Below are positions 28,506-39,603 of a stretch of DNA of 64,000 nt, in pieces. Each line of letters opens with the position of its first letter. The first letter of the stretch is position 1. The DNA comes from Arcobacteraceae bacterium (GTDB lineage: Bacteria > Campylobacterota > Campylobacteria > Campylobacterales > Arcobacteraceae): contig CBDCZH010000015.1 in assembly GCA_965224485.1 (NCBI GenBank), forward strand, positions 256,001 to 320,000, given 5' to 3'. A program made the position numbers and the translations under genes. The notes under the pieces were generated by a model. That model was not told where the DNA came from, searched no databases, and saw only the letters and a program-made list of their open reading frames with translations.

Positions 28506-30007
28506 TGAGCGAATTTATATATTTAATACCTGCAATTACAGTATTAATTGCAGCCCTTGTACTAATGTTTATGTCTATGTATGATCATTTTAAAATAAAA
28601 TCTTTTATAATTGTTTCATCACTATTTCTAATCATTGCACTTGGTTTTTCTTTTGTAGATTTTGGTGAGTTATTTTCAGCAAAACCATATAATGACATTT
28701 TTAATAATGTAATCATTTTTGATACTTATTCAAACTTTTTTAATGTTTTAGTAATTACAGGAACTCTTCTTACAGTTTTAATAGGTGAGCATTATTACCA
28801 ATCTAAGTCATACTTTAAAGGAGAGTTCTTCTCTGTTTTAATGTTTGCTTTATTTGGAATGATGTTATTAGCTCACGCAAATGAATTAATTACGGCTTAC
28901 GTAGCTTTAGAAATTGCATCATTTTCTGTTTATATTATGGTTGGGTTTAATACAGAAGATAATAAAAGAGTTGAAGCTATTTTTAAATACCTTGTTTTAG
29001 GTTCATTTATTGGGGCGTTTTTCTTATTAGGAACGGTTTTAATTTATGGATTAACAGGAACAACAAATTTAAGTGAAATTGGTAATTACATTAGTGCAAA
29101 TCAAGGAAATGATTTATCACTTATTTATATAGGAATTACCCTAGTTTTATTTACTTTTCTTTTCAAAATTGCAGCCTTTCCTTTCCAATCATGGGTTTTA
29201 GATGTTTATAGAGGTGCACCAATGGTAATCACTGCTTATATGGCATCAACATTTAAAATTGCTATTTTTTCATTTTTTCTAAGAGCATTTTTACAAGACT
29301 TTGCTTTAATTATGGATTTTTGGGATCCTATTTTATATGTTCTAATTATTTTCACTCTTGCTTATGGAACATGGTTAGCAATAAATCAAACTATTATAAA
29401 AAGAATGCTTGCAGCTTCATCAATTGTTCATGCAGGATATTTATTATTAGCATTTATATCAATTGGTCAAAATATAGCATCAGCTTATGCCACAATGTTT
29501 TACTTAATTGCATATTTACTTTCAGCAATTGGAGCATTTGGTCTAATTTCTCATATTATTTCAGAAACAAAAGTAAGAGTTACTTATGATGATTTTAAAG
29601 GTCTTGCACAAGAAAGACCTTTTTTAGCAGCATCAATGACAATTTTTCTATTCTCACTTGCTGGAATTCCTTCAACAATTGGATTTATTGGTAAGTTTTA
29701 CGTTTTTACAGAAGCTATTAATGCAGGATATATATCTTTAGCTATTGTTGCAATTTTTGCAACAATAGTATCTGTTTATTATTATTTTAAATTAATTGCT
29801 GTTATGTATTTCTATCCACCAAAAGAAGAATGTACCTCTGAAACATTTGATGATAGTAGAATTTCAACTTATGTTGTAATGTTTGTAGCTGCTTTAGTTT
29901 TATGGGGTGGTATTGGTTCTGCTATTGTTTTCTTTATTCCAATTCCAAGTATTGATACATTAATTGATATTTCTAAACTTGCAGTTGAGTCACTGTTTCT
30001 AAAGTAA
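28505..30007 (+). CDS. nuoN: NADH-quinone oxidoreductase subunit N
   Basis: [36 protein letters not shown]. Confidence 0.95.
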   Translation: MSEFIYLIPAITVLIAALVLMFMSMYDHFKIKSFIIVSSLFLIIALGFSFVDFGELFSAKPYNDIFNNVIIFDTYSNFFNVLVITGTLLTVLIGEHYYQSKSYFKGEFFSVLMFALFGMMLLAHANELITAYVALEIASFSVYIMVGFNTEDNKRVEAIFKYLVLGSFIGAFFLLGTVLIYGLTGTTNLSEIGNYISANQGNDLSLIYIGITLVLFTFLFKIAAFPFQSWVLDVYRGAPMVITAYMASTFKIAIFSFFLRAFLQDFALIMDFWDPILYVLIIFTLAYGTWLAINQTIIKRMLAASSIVHAGYLLLAFISIGQNIASAYATMFYLIAYLLSAIGAFGLISHIISETKVRVTYDDFKGLAQERPFLAASMTIFLFSLAGIPSTIGFIGKFYVFTEAINAGYISLAIVAIFATIVSVYYYFKLIAVMYFYPPKEECTSETFDDSRISTYVVMFVAALVLWGGIGSAIVFFIPIPSIDTLIDISKLAVESLFLK

Positions 30008-30015
30008 ACACTTTA

Positions 30016-30055
30016 TAAAATTCTCTTAGATAATTTTTTATCTAAGAGAATTTTA
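30016..30055. terminator. Long hairpin after nuoN (probable terminator)
   Basis: 18-bp perfect IR TAAAATTCTCTTAGATAA/TTATCTAAGAGAATTTTA. Confidence 0.7.
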
Positions 30056-30145
30056 ATTTAACTTTTTCAAGCCCTCATTTTGGGGCTTCTATCTTTTTTT
30101 AGTACAATTTTAGTACATTAATTACCCTATTTTTCTAGTATTTCT

Positions 30146-30177
30146 TTGATTTAAATCAAGCTGTATTTTGCTATACT
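30146..30177 (+). promoter_or_regulatory. Fnr-consensus box and extended -10 of frdCAB
   Basis: TTGAT-TTAA-ATCAA (30146-30159); TG-C-TATACT (30169-30177). Confidence 0.7.
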
Positions 30178-30264
30178 ATTGCTATTAAATATTAATTTTC
30201 AAAAAAAATAAATACTTTTTTTATTTATTATTTTTGCAAATCAATTAAAAAGAAAGGATGTCAT

Positions 30265-31050
30265 ATGAGTGACCTAATTGAAGGTTATTTAGGTAAAACT
30301 GTGGAGGGGAAAAAGAGTAGAATGCCAGCAAAACTTGATTATTTACAAAGTGCTACTGGTTTAATTCTTGGTCTTTTTATGTGGGGACATATGTTGTTTG
30401 TTTCAACAATTTTAATAAGCAAAGAGTTCATGTATAAAATCACAAAACTATTTGAAGCTGATTTTATTTTTGATGGAGGAGAACCATTAATAGTATCAGG
30501 AATTGCTTTTATTATTTTTGTTATTTTTATTGCACATGCAGGAATGGGAATGAGAAAACTACCTGCTAATTATAAGCAATATCAAGTTATGAAAGCACAT
30601 GCTAATTATATGAATCATGAAGATACTAAGTTATGGTTTATTCAGGCATTTACTGGTTTTGCAATGTTTTTCTTAGGTTCAATTCATATATTTATTATTA
30701 TGACAAATTCAGATGCAATTGGTCCTTATGCAAGTGCAGATAGAGTTTGGTCGCAATGGATGTGGCCTTTATATATTTTACTTTTATTAGCAGTTGAATT
30801 TCATGGAACAATTGGTTTATATCGACTCTGTGTTAAGTGGGGTTGGTTCGATGGAAAGGACCCCAAAGCGTCAAGAATTAGATTGAAAAAAATCAAAAAA
30901 GCATTAACATGGTTTTTCCTTATTTTAGGATTTACTACACTAGCTGCTTATATGAAAATTGGTATGGATCATGCTGATAAACAAGGTGAAAGATACCAAC
31001 CTACTGCACAAGTAATTGAGTATCAAATCACTGCTAAAAGGATAGTATAA
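30265..31050 (+). CDS. frdC: Fumarate reductase cytochrome b subunit (Wolinella type)
   Basis: [25 protein letters not shown]; heme-ligand His residues; [14 protein letters not shown]. Confidence 0.95.
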   Translation: MSDLIEGYLGKTVEGKKSRMPAKLDYLQSATGLILGLFMWGHMLFVSTILISKEFMYKITKLFEADFIFDGGEPLIVSGIAFIIFVIFIAHAGMGMRKLPANYKQYQVMKAHANYMNHEDTKLWFIQAFTGFAMFFLGSIHIFIIMTNSDAIGPYASADRVWSQWMWPLYILLLLAVEFHGTIGLYRLCVKWGWFDGKDPKASRIRLKKIKKALTWFFLILGFTTLAAYMKIGMDHADKQGERYQPTAQVIEYQITAKRIV

Positions 31051-33035
31051 TGAAAATTACTTACTGTGATGCACTAGTAATTGGTGGAGGACTTGCAGGT
31101 CTTAGAGCCTCTCTTGCTACACAAAAAAAAGGTTTAAATACTATTGTTTTATCATTAGTTCCTGTTAAAAGATCTCATAGTGCTGCTGCTCAAGGTGGTA
31201 TGCAAGCTTCTTTAGGTAATGCTAAAATGGCTGATGGAGATAATGAAGATTTACACTTTTCTGATACAGTTAAAGGAAGTGACTGGGGCTGTGATCAAGA
31301 AGTTGCAAGAATGTTTGTACACACTGCACCTAAAGCTATTAGAGAATTAGCTGCTTGGGGAGTTCCTTGGAGTAGAGTTAAGCAAGGTGATAGAGAAGCT
31401 GTTATTAATGCTAAAAAAACAACTATTACTGAAAATGAAGATAGACATGGATTAATTACATCAAGAGATTTTGGTGGAACTAAAAAATGGAGAACTTGTT
31501 ATACAGCAGATGCAACAGGACATACTATGTTATTTGGTGTTGCAAATGAAGCTTTAAGACATGAAGTAGATATTAGAGATAGAAAAGAAGCTTTAAGTTT
31601 AATTCACGAAAATAACCGTTGTTATGGTGCAATTGTTAGAGATTTAATTACAGGTGAATTAGAAGCTTATGTTGCAAAAGGAACATGTATATCAACAGGT
31701 GGATATGGAAGACTATTTAAGCAAACAACAAATGCTGTTATTTGTGAAGGTACGGGAGCTTCTATTGCACTTGAAACGGGAATTGCAACTTTAGGAAATA
31801 TGGAAGCTGTTCAATTTCACCCAACTCCAATAGTTCCTTCTGGTATTTTATTAACAGAGGGTTGTCGTGGTGATGGTGGAATTCTAAGAGATGTAGATGG
31901 TCATAGATTTATGCCTGATTATGAGCCTGAGAAAAAAGAACTAGCTTCAAGAGATGTTGTTTCAAGAAGAATGATTGAACATATCAGAAATGGTAAAGGT
32001 GTTCCTTCACCTTATGGAGATCATATTTGGTTAGATATTTCTATTTTAGGTCGAGCTCATATTGAGAAAAACTTAAGAGATGTACAAGAAATTTGTCAAA
32101 TCTTTAATGGTATTGATCCAGCTGATGAAGGCAAAAAAGGATGGGCTCCAGTACTTCCTATGCAACATTATTCTATGGGTGGAATTAGAACTAAAAAAAC
32201 TGGTGAATCACAAACTCTTGATGGTTTATTTTCTTGTGGTGAATCTGCTTGTTGGGATATGCATGGGTTTAATAGACTTGGAGGAAACAGTGTTTCTGAA
32301 ACAGTTGTTGCTGGTATGATTGTTGGTAATTATTTTGCTGATTTTTGTATAGAAAATGATGTAACAATTCCAACTTCTACAGTGCAGAGATTTTTAGATA
32401 AACAAGATAATTATTTAAATGAAATATTAGCTTATGATGGTCATGAAAGTATTTTCAAAATTAAAAATACTATGCAGAATCTTATGGATAATAAAGTAGG
32501 TATTTTTAGAGATGGTAAGGGTTTAAGTGAAGCGGTAATCGAACTTGAAGAATTATTGAAAAAAACTAAACAAATCAATGTTAAATCAAAAGAGAGATGT
32601 GGTAACCCAGAATTAGAAGAAGCTTATCGAGTTCCTAGAATGTTAAAATTAGCACTTTGTGTTGCTAAGGGAGCCCAAAATAGAACTGAATCAAGAGGGG
32701 CTCACTATAGAGAAGATTTCTTAAAAAGAGATGATGCAAATTGGTTAAATAGAACTCTTACTTCTTGGCCTAAAGAAAATGATACAATGCCTACTATTAC
32801 TTACGAAGCACTAGATATTATGAAAATGGAAATGCCACCTGCTTTTAGAGGTTATGGGGCTAAGGGTATGATTATTGAAAATGATATCTCAGCAGTACGA
32901 CAAGAAGAAGTTGATGAAATCAAAGAAAAACTCGAAAATGAAGGTAAAGATAGACATGCCGTTCAAGATGCTTTAATGCCTTTTGATTTACCTATGAATT
33001 ATAGAGAATTAAACGAAAGAATAGGAGACTTATAA
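31050..33035 (+). CDS. frdA: Fumarate reductase flavoprotein subunit
   Basis: [16 protein letters not shown] (covalent FAD His), [15 protein letters not shown]. Confidence 0.96.
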   Translation: MKITYCDALVIGGGLAGLRASLATQKKGLNTIVLSLVPVKRSHSAAAQGGMQASLGNAKMADGDNEDLHFSDTVKGSDWGCDQEVARMFVHTAPKAIRELAAWGVPWSRVKQGDREAVINAKKTTITENEDRHGLITSRDFGGTKKWRTCYTADATGHTMLFGVANEALRHEVDIRDRKEALSLIHENNRCYGAIVRDLITGELEAYVAKGTCISTGGYGRLFKQTTNAVICEGTGASIALETGIATLGNMEAVQFHPTPIVPSGILLTEGCRGDGGILRDVDGHRFMPDYEPEKKELASRDVVSRRMIEHIRNGKGVPSPYGDHIWLDISILGRAHIEKNLRDVQEICQIFNGIDPADEGKKGWAPVLPMQHYSMGGIRTKKTGESQTLDGLFSCGESACWDMHGFNRLGGNSVSETVVAGMIVGNYFADFCIENDVTIPTSTVQRFLDKQDNYLNEILAYDGHESIFKIKNTMQNLMDNKVGIFRDGKGLSEAVIELEELLKKTKQINVKSKERCGNPELEEAYRVPRMLKLALCVAKGAQNRTESRGAHYREDFLKRDDANWLNRTLTSWPKENDTMPTITYEALDIMKMEMPPAFRGYGAKGMIIENDISAVRQEEVDEIKEKLENEGKDRHAVQDALMPFDLPMNYRELNERIGDL

Positions 33036-33766
33036 TGAGCAGCGAAAAAGGTAGAGAAGTAGTTATATCAGTACTTAAGTTTAATCCTAGATCTAAGGTT
33101 TCAAAACCTCATTTTGTTGATTATAAATTAGAAGAAACTCCTGGAATGACACTATTCATTGCTTTAATGAAAATTAGAGAAGAGTATGATCCTGATTTAT
33201 CATTTGACTTTGTTTGTCGAGCTGGAATTTGTGGTTCTTGTGGAATGGTAGTAAATGGAAAACCAGCTCTTGCATGTAGAACATTAATTGCAAATTATCC
33301 AGAAGGAAAAATTCAGTTAATGCCAATGCCAGCATTTGAGCTTATCAAAGATTTATCTATTAATACAGGTAAATGGATGGATGATATGAGTAAAAAAGTT
33401 GAGTCTTGGATAGTAACTAGTAAAGAAAAAGATATTAGTAAACTTGAAGATAGAGTTGAACCAGAAGTAGCAGATGAAACATTTGAGCTTGATCGTTGTA
33501 TTGAGTGTGGTATTTGTGTAGCTTCTTGTGGAACAAAACTAATGAGACCTGATTTTATTGGACCTGTTGGACTTAATAGAGTTGCAAGATTTGAAGTTGA
33601 TCCTCATGATGAGAGAACGGCTGAGGATTTTTATGAATTAATTGGAGATGATGATGGTATTTTTGGTTGTATGTCACTATTAGCTTGTGAAGATCATTGT
33701 CCTAAACATTTACCTCTACAAAATAAGATTGCATACTTAAGAAGAAAACTAGTAGCACTTAGATAA
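33035..33766 (+). CDS. frdB: Fumarate reductase Fe-S subunit
   Basis: [33 protein letters not shown]. Confidence 0.96.
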   Translation: MSSEKGREVVISVLKFNPRSKVSKPHFVDYKLEETPGMTLFIALMKIREEYDPDLSFDFVCRAGICGSCGMVVNGKPALACRTLIANYPEGKIQLMPMPAFELIKDLSINTGKWMDDMSKKVESWIVTSKEKDISKLEDRVEPEVADETFELDRCIECGICVASCGTKLMRPDFIGPVGLNRVARFEVDPHDERTAEDFYELIGDDDGIFGCMSLLACEDHCPKHLPLQNKIAYLRRKLVALR

Positions 33767-33849
33767 ATATATGAGAGCAAAGCTCTCATATATGCTTATT
33801 ATAAAAAGTTAATTATCCTATTATTTTAAATATGGATAATTAACTTTTT
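33767..33849. terminator. Two adjacent hairpins after frdB
   Basis: 12-bp IR at 33767-33793 and 16-bp IR AAAAAGTTAATTATCC/GGATAATTAACTTTTT at 33803-33849. Confidence 0.7.
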
Positions 33850-33880
33850 GTATTATTAGTATATTAATTTTGGAGAATTT

Positions 33881-36220
33881 ATGAGTTTAACAAGTGATTA
33901 TTTTTTATTATATCATGGAAAAGTGCTTACTCAAGTTACTAGTTATGAAACAATTGATTTTAAAGAACAAGATGATTTTTTTAAAATTGCTGCTTTAGTT
34001 TTATGTGCAAATAGAAAAGATTATCAAAACTTTATAAGTTTAAATTCTTTTAAATCTCTAATAGCCCAAATAACAAGAAAAGAAGTTAAAAACGTTCAAG
34101 ATTTAAATCAGTTACAGTTTTGTTTATTGCAAAGTATTCAAGATAATACTAAAAAATCTGATATAACTATTTTGCATAATAGTTTTGAATATTTAAAAAA
34201 TGAACAAATATTACAAGAAGGTAATTATAATAAATTAATCTCACTTTTTGATCCAAATGAACTAGAATTTTGTGATGAGATTGATGTAAAAGATGAACCA
34301 AGTTTAGAGCTTAAAAAACCTTTTAAGGAAGCAAAGTTTGCCTTAGAAGAATTAATTCTTGACTTAAGCGAACTCTTTTTAAGTAATGATTATATAAATG
34401 AATTAGAAGATACAAATAAATATTTAAATACACAAAAGTTCTCAATTGGAATAACTGGTGTTATGAATGCTGGTAAATCTACTATGTTAAATGCTTTAAT
34501 GGGGCAAGAAATTTTAGGTTCAGCTGTTGTTCCTGAAACTGCCAATTTAACTATAGTTAAATATGATGAACATCCAAGTGCACAAGTATTTTATTGGAAT
34601 AAAAAAGAGTGGGAAAATATAGAAAAAAGTGCAAAAGAGATTCCTTCTATACAAGAGTTTGTAAAAGAGACAAAAAATATATTCAAAGATGACTTAGACA
34701 CCTATATAAAAGAAGACTCTTTTTTTGAAGATGTTGATATTAATAATCTAAGCGCTTATACATCAGCAGAAGCTAGTTTAAAAAAATGTAATCTTGTTAA
34801 ATATGTACAATTAAAATCAGACTTAAAATTCTTAGAAAATGGAATTGAAATTGTGGATACACCTGGTCTTGATGATCCAGTAATTCAGCGAGAAGAGATA
34901 ACAAAAGAATATATAGCCAAGTGTGATTTAATGCTTCATTTAATGAATGTATCTCAAAGTGCGACCTTGAAAGATGTTGAGTTTATAATAGATGCCCTAC
35001 TTTATCAAAATATAACAAAAATTTTAATAGTTATCACTAGAGCAGATACTGTTAGTAAAAAAGAGCTAGATGAAGTAATAGCATATACTAAATCATCAAT
35101 AAAAACCCAGTTAAAAGCGTTAAATAAAGATTCTTCTTTAGATTATATTTTAAAAAGTATTGAGTTTATAGCAATATCTGGAAAAATGGCCTTATATCAC
35201 AGAACAGGAAGATCACAAGAAGCAATTGATTTGGGTTATGCCCTAGAAGATACAGGTATTTTAGATATTGAAGATTATTTACATGAAACCTTATTTGGTT
35301 CAAACTCTTCTAAGAGTGATTTAATTATAAAAAGTGCAAAAACTAAACTATTAAAAACTATTGAAAAAGAAAAAAACTCATTTAACTATGAACTTATTTT
35401 ATTAGCAAAAAGTAAAGATGAACTAGAAAAAGAGTTAGAAGAGTTTAATAAAAAGAAAAAAGTAAATCAAAAGATTTTTCTTGCAATGAAAGATGATATT
35501 AATATATATGCAGAAGATATGAAAAACTATATTAACTCACTTGATGCTTTTTTAATTAATGAATTAGAAGATTTACAAACTATTATAAAACAAAGAGTTT
35601 TTTCTGATGTAAAATATTCTTTTGAAAAAACTAAAAAAAGACCTCAAAGTTCAAGAATAAAAGTAATAGTTCAAACAGCTATAAAAGATGGAATTATTGA
35701 TGTTATTAGAGATTATAGATATAAGTTTATTAAAAAATCTCAAAGTATTGGGGAACTTAGTGAACAAAAATACAAAGATTTCGGATTTTTAATAGATAGA
35801 AAAAATGAAAACTTTGATGCTATGGGTTTTTTCAAAGATGATTTTAAAAGTGGTTTTTTAAGCTCTTCAAATGAAGTACTAATAACAAAAATCATAAAAG
35901 AAGTAGAAAAATCAAAAAGTAACAAATTAAATGAACTTGATAGAAACTTACAAGAATACTTAAAAGAAGAGTTTTTAAGTATTGAAGAGACTATAAAAGT
36001 AAAAGCACAAAAAATTTCACAAATATTAATAAAAGACTTTTTTGTTCAAATTACACTTCCTTTAGATAACTTTGAGGAAAAAGTAAAAAAAGACCAAATA
36101 AGTTTAGAGAAAAGATTAAGTGATGTTGAAAATTCTGATATTAAAAAAGATGAATTAACAATGATTGTTCATAAAAAATTAAAAAAACTAGAAATAATTA
36201 CAAAAGGACTTAAGATATGA
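33881..36220 (+). CDS. Bacterial dynamin-like GTPase 1
   Basis: GVMNAGKST, G2 PETA, DTPG, TRAD; long coiled-coil C-terminus. Confidence 0.9.
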   Translation: MSLTSDYFLLYHGKVLTQVTSYETIDFKEQDDFFKIAALVLCANRKDYQNFISLNSFKSLIAQITRKEVKNVQDLNQLQFCLLQSIQDNTKKSDITILHNSFEYLKNEQILQEGNYNKLISLFDPNELEFCDEIDVKDEPSLELKKPFKEAKFALEELILDLSELFLSNDYINELEDTNKYLNTQKFSIGITGVMNAGKSTMLNALMGQEILGSAVVPETANLTIVKYDEHPSAQVFYWNKKEWENIEKSAKEIPSIQEFVKETKNIFKDDLDTYIKEDSFFEDVDINNLSAYTSAEASLKKCNLVKYVQLKSDLKFLENGIEIVDTPGLDDPVIQREEITKEYIAKCDLMLHLMNVSQSATLKDVEFIIDALLYQNITKILIVITRADTVSKKELDEVIAYTKSSIKTQLKALNKDSSLDYILKSIEFIAISGKMALYHRTGRSQEAIDLGYALEDTGILDIEDYLHETLFGSNSSKSDLIIKSAKTKLLKTIEKEKNSFNYELILLAKSKDELEKELEEFNKKKKVNQKIFLAMKDDINIYAEDMKNYINSLDAFLINELEDLQTIIKQRVFSDVKYSFEKTKKRPQSSRIKVIVQTAIKDGIIDVIRDYRYKFIKKSQSIGELSEQKYKDFGFLIDRKNENFDAMGFFKDDFKSGFLSSSNEVLITKIIKEVEKSKSNKLNELDRNLQEYLKEEFLSIEETIKVKAQKISQILIKDFFVQITLPLDNFEEKVKKDQISLEKRLSDVENSDIKKDELTMIVHKKLKKLEIITKGLKI

Positions 36221-38232
36221 GTATTTTAGAAAATTTTGTAAAAGAGTATAAAGAAGTTTTTTTCGAAAAAGAAGAAGTTTTTGAAGATGGTTTAGTTGGA
36301 GATATTAAGAAAATTAGAGCCAAACTTCTTGATGAAAAATTTTTACCCTCTGTTCAACTTAAATCAATTTTAGACAAACAATTAAGAAGGGCTAGATACC
36401 CTATTGAAATAGCAATTACGGGTCAATTTAGCTCAGGAAAATCAACTTTTTTAAATGCCCTGCTTTCAAGAAATATACTACCTACTGGAATCACACCAGT
36501 TACTTCAAAAGTGAATTTTATAAATTATGGGGATGAGTATAAGCTTAAAATTACTTATCATTCAGGAGCGCAAGAATATGCAAGTATAGATGCAATTTCA
36601 CAGTTTACAGATCAAAGATCACAAGATATGAATGATATTAAGTATTTAACTCTATATGCTCCAATGCCAATTTTAAAAGAAATCTCTTTTGTAGATACTC
36701 CAGGTCTTAACTCACAGTCCCAAAGTGATACAGATACAACTAGAAAAGTATTAAGAGACGTTGGTGGTATTATTTGGTTAACCTTAATAGATAATGCTGG
36801 TAAAAACTCTGAGGCTGAAGTATTAGAAGAGTATATGCAGTTATTTAAAAGTAAATCTTTGTGTGTATTAAATCAAAAAGATAAATTTACTCAAGAACAA
36901 ATAGAAACAACAACTTCATATGTAAAAGATAAGTTTTCTAAATATTTTGCTCAAGTAACACCTATATCTGCAAAAATGGCACTAGAATCAAGATCTGCAC
37001 AAAAAGAGATTTTAATTCAAGATGAGTATGAAAAAATTGTAAATGAATTTAAAAATGATTTAAAAGATAAAGAAGTTCAAAATTTAGACTTTTTTGAAAA
37101 TAAATTTAGCTCTTATAAAAAGCAAGTTCAAAAAATACAAGAAGCTGATTCTTCAACTAATACAAAAACTCTTAAAGACTCAAATATTCAAGATGTTTTA
37201 GATTTTATAGAAAATACAATTAGACCACAAGCAGCAAGTGATAAAGAGTTTGCAATTAAAAAAGATTTAAAACAAATTTGTGATATTTTAGTAAAAGAAA
37301 ATGAGACGATTATAGGTGTGTATGACTCTTTAGTTGTAATTTTAAAAGAAAATGAGGAAAATATTTTAGCCAGTTTTGATGATATACGAACAGTATACTC
37401 AAAGCAGTTATTTGAAGTTTATAACTCACTCGAAACAATAATGGAAAAAATTGCAAATGAAACGTATAAAAATATTAAAAAACAAAAAGCACTAAGATAT
37501 GAAGGGAAAAGTTCTCTTATTGGAAAAGACAAGTTCGAACAAATTGAATATGAAACATATTGGATTGATTCAGATTGTATTTACAAAAATTTATTTTATG
37601 ATGACCAAACAATTGATAAAATGTTTAAACGTTCAATTAAAAAATTAAAACAAATAGAACTTGATAGCAATGAAGCGTATAGTGACGTATATAGAACTAT
37701 TAAAGCTTCTATTCATAGATGGCAAGAACCATATGAACTTATCAAAAAAAATAGAGAAATTTCTTCTGATTTAGAATTCTCAACTACAAGGCATTTTGCA
37801 GCAAAAGTTTATGAAAATGTTTTAAGGATTTATCAAAAAGCTATTTTAGAAAATATTTCTGCTTTAAGAAAGAAGTTTGCCTATTTTAATGGTGCTTTGT
37901 CTTATTCATATATTCAAACAACACAAGCAACTATTTCTCATTTTGAACAACAAATAATTGAATCAACACTTTTATATGAAAAAGAACCTACAAAGTTTTC
38001 AGTTCATCATCCAAGAGAAGATGAAATTTTAACAAAACTAAAAGCCAATTTTGCTTTTGAGAAAATTGAAGACTTCTTAACATCAAAAAGAAACTATTTG
38101 TATAAAATTATAAAATATTCAAAAGAGCAGTATTTAGAAATAAATAAAGATAGAATAATTTTTATAGAAGAGAAAAAAGAAGAATATAATAAAAAGATTT
38201 TATCTTTAAATGAAATAAAAGAAGACATTTAA
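36217..38232 (+). CDS. Bacterial dynamin-like GTPase 2
   Basis: GQFSSGKST, LPTGITPVT, DTPG, NQKD; ATGA overlap with the first gene. Confidence 0.9.
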   Translation: MSILENFVKEYKEVFFEKEEVFEDGLVGDIKKIRAKLLDEKFLPSVQLKSILDKQLRRARYPIEIAITGQFSSGKSTFLNALLSRNILPTGITPVTSKVNFINYGDEYKLKITYHSGAQEYASIDAISQFTDQRSQDMNDIKYLTLYAPMPILKEISFVDTPGLNSQSQSDTDTTRKVLRDVGGIIWLTLIDNAGKNSEAEVLEEYMQLFKSKSLCVLNQKDKFTQEQIETTTSYVKDKFSKYFAQVTPISAKMALESRSAQKEILIQDEYEKIVNEFKNDLKDKEVQNLDFFENKFSSYKKQVQKIQEADSSTNTKTLKDSNIQDVLDFIENTIRPQAASDKEFAIKKDLKQICDILVKENETIIGVYDSLVVILKENEENILASFDDIRTVYSKQLFEVYNSLETIMEKIANETYKNIKKQKALRYEGKSSLIGKDKFEQIEYETYWIDSDCIYKNLFYDDQTIDKMFKRSIKKLKQIELDSNEAYSDVYRTIKASIHRWQEPYELIKKNREISSDLEFSTTRHFAAKVYENVLRIYQKAILENISALRKKFAYFNGALSYSYIQTTQATISHFEQQIIESTLLYEKEPTKFSVHHPREDEILTKLKANFAFEKIEDFLTSKRNYLYKIIKYSKEQYLEINKDRIIFIEEKKEEYNKKILSLNEIKEDI

Positions 38233-38490
38233 CTAGATAAAAGATAAAAGATAAAAGTCTTTTTTTACCTTTTTATAAAAATTTTATTTATTTAATTTCC
38301 ATGCAAAAAAAGAACTAAGTAAAAGAAAGATAGCTAAATATATATATTGTTCATTTGACATTTTTTTCCTTTTATTTAGATTTTTTTGACTTTATCATAA
38401 TATATATACTAAGTATATAAAATCAAAACATAAATATAAATATAATATAATAATAATACTTTTGTTTAAAAAATTATTTTAGGATTATAT

Positions 38491-39372
38491 GTGAAATTTA
38501 TTTTTCTTTTTTTACTTGTTTTTACTTTTTCTTATTCTGATCATAAGTTAAAAGAAATTGCGGTATATTCGAAAACAGATCAAAAAAATAAAAAACATTT
38601 TGAACTTATATTAACAGTAATTCAAGAGTTATTAAATAAAAATTCAAGAAACCTAGATATACACTTAAAATTTAAAATAAACTCTTATGATAATAAAAAA
38701 GAAGTTTTCAAAAGATATTTAAAAGAAGATTTACTTTTATTAATTCTCTCACCTTATGATTATTTGAAAAGTCAAAAACTTTTAGATGTAAATAAAGAAC
38801 ATCTTTGGGAAATTGGAACAAATGGACAGAAAAGAGAACAATACTATTTAATTGCTAATAAAAAATTAAAAAATCCCATGAAAAATATAGGAAAATATAA
38901 GATAAGTACTAGAGGAGGGAATAATGGAGCATTATATTGGTTTAAAAGTATAATTTATAAAGAATTTAAAAAGCCATTTAAAAAAGTTATTCCTAAATTT
39001 AATACTGTATCTAAAGAGAGTAAGGTCGTTTATGATGTATTTTTTAATAAAAATAATCTTGGTCTTATTTCAAAAGCTGGTTATGAATTATTAAGCGAGC
39101 TTAATCCACAAATAAAAAAGCATACATTTATAGTAAAAAAATCAAAAGAGATATTTCTCTCAATGCTTGCTCTTACCAGTTTAAGAACCAATAAAAGTGC
39201 TAGAAATGATTTTAGAAAAATAATCAATAATATAAACTCTTTTTTAAAAAATAGTCAATTAGCTGCATCTTCAAGTATTACTCATGTTAAAATTTTAAAA
39301 GATGATGATATAAAAGAATTAAAAAAGTTTTATAAAGAATTTTATAAATATGAAAAAAAATATGAAAAATAA
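38491..39372 (+). CDS. Exported PhnD/SsuA-like substrate-binding protein
   Basis: Signal peptide MKFIFLFLLVFTFSYS; KESKVVYDVFFNK...ELNPQIKK pattern typical of this family in Campylobacterota. Confidence 0.6.
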   Translation: MKFIFLFLLVFTFSYSDHKLKEIAVYSKTDQKNKKHFELILTVIQELLNKNSRNLDIHLKFKINSYDNKKEVFKRYLKEDLLLLILSPYDYLKSQKLLDVNKEHLWEIGTNGQKREQYYLIANKKLKNPMKNIGKYKISTRGGNNGALYWFKSIIYKEFKKPFKKVIPKFNTVSKESKVVYDVFFNKNNLGLISKAGYELLSELNPQIKKHTFIVKKSKEIFLSMLALTSLRTNKSARNDFRKIINNINSFLKNSQLAASSSITHVKILKDDDIKELKKFYKEFYKYEKKYEK

Positions 39373-39603
39373 TGTAAAAATAAATATCACTAAAACAAGA
39401 GTAATATCTTAATTATTAAATTAAGTCTTTAATCTACAAAGTTAAAGTTAATGTAATAATATACTAACGACTGTGTCGAATATTCGCAATTTTGTTTTTT
39501 TTACAAAGTAAACTTAATTATTCCTTTTTTTTAACACAAATTTAACTCAGATTGTGAGAAACTAATGCAAATTAATTAAAACTAATAAAACTTTGGAGAG
39601 AAC

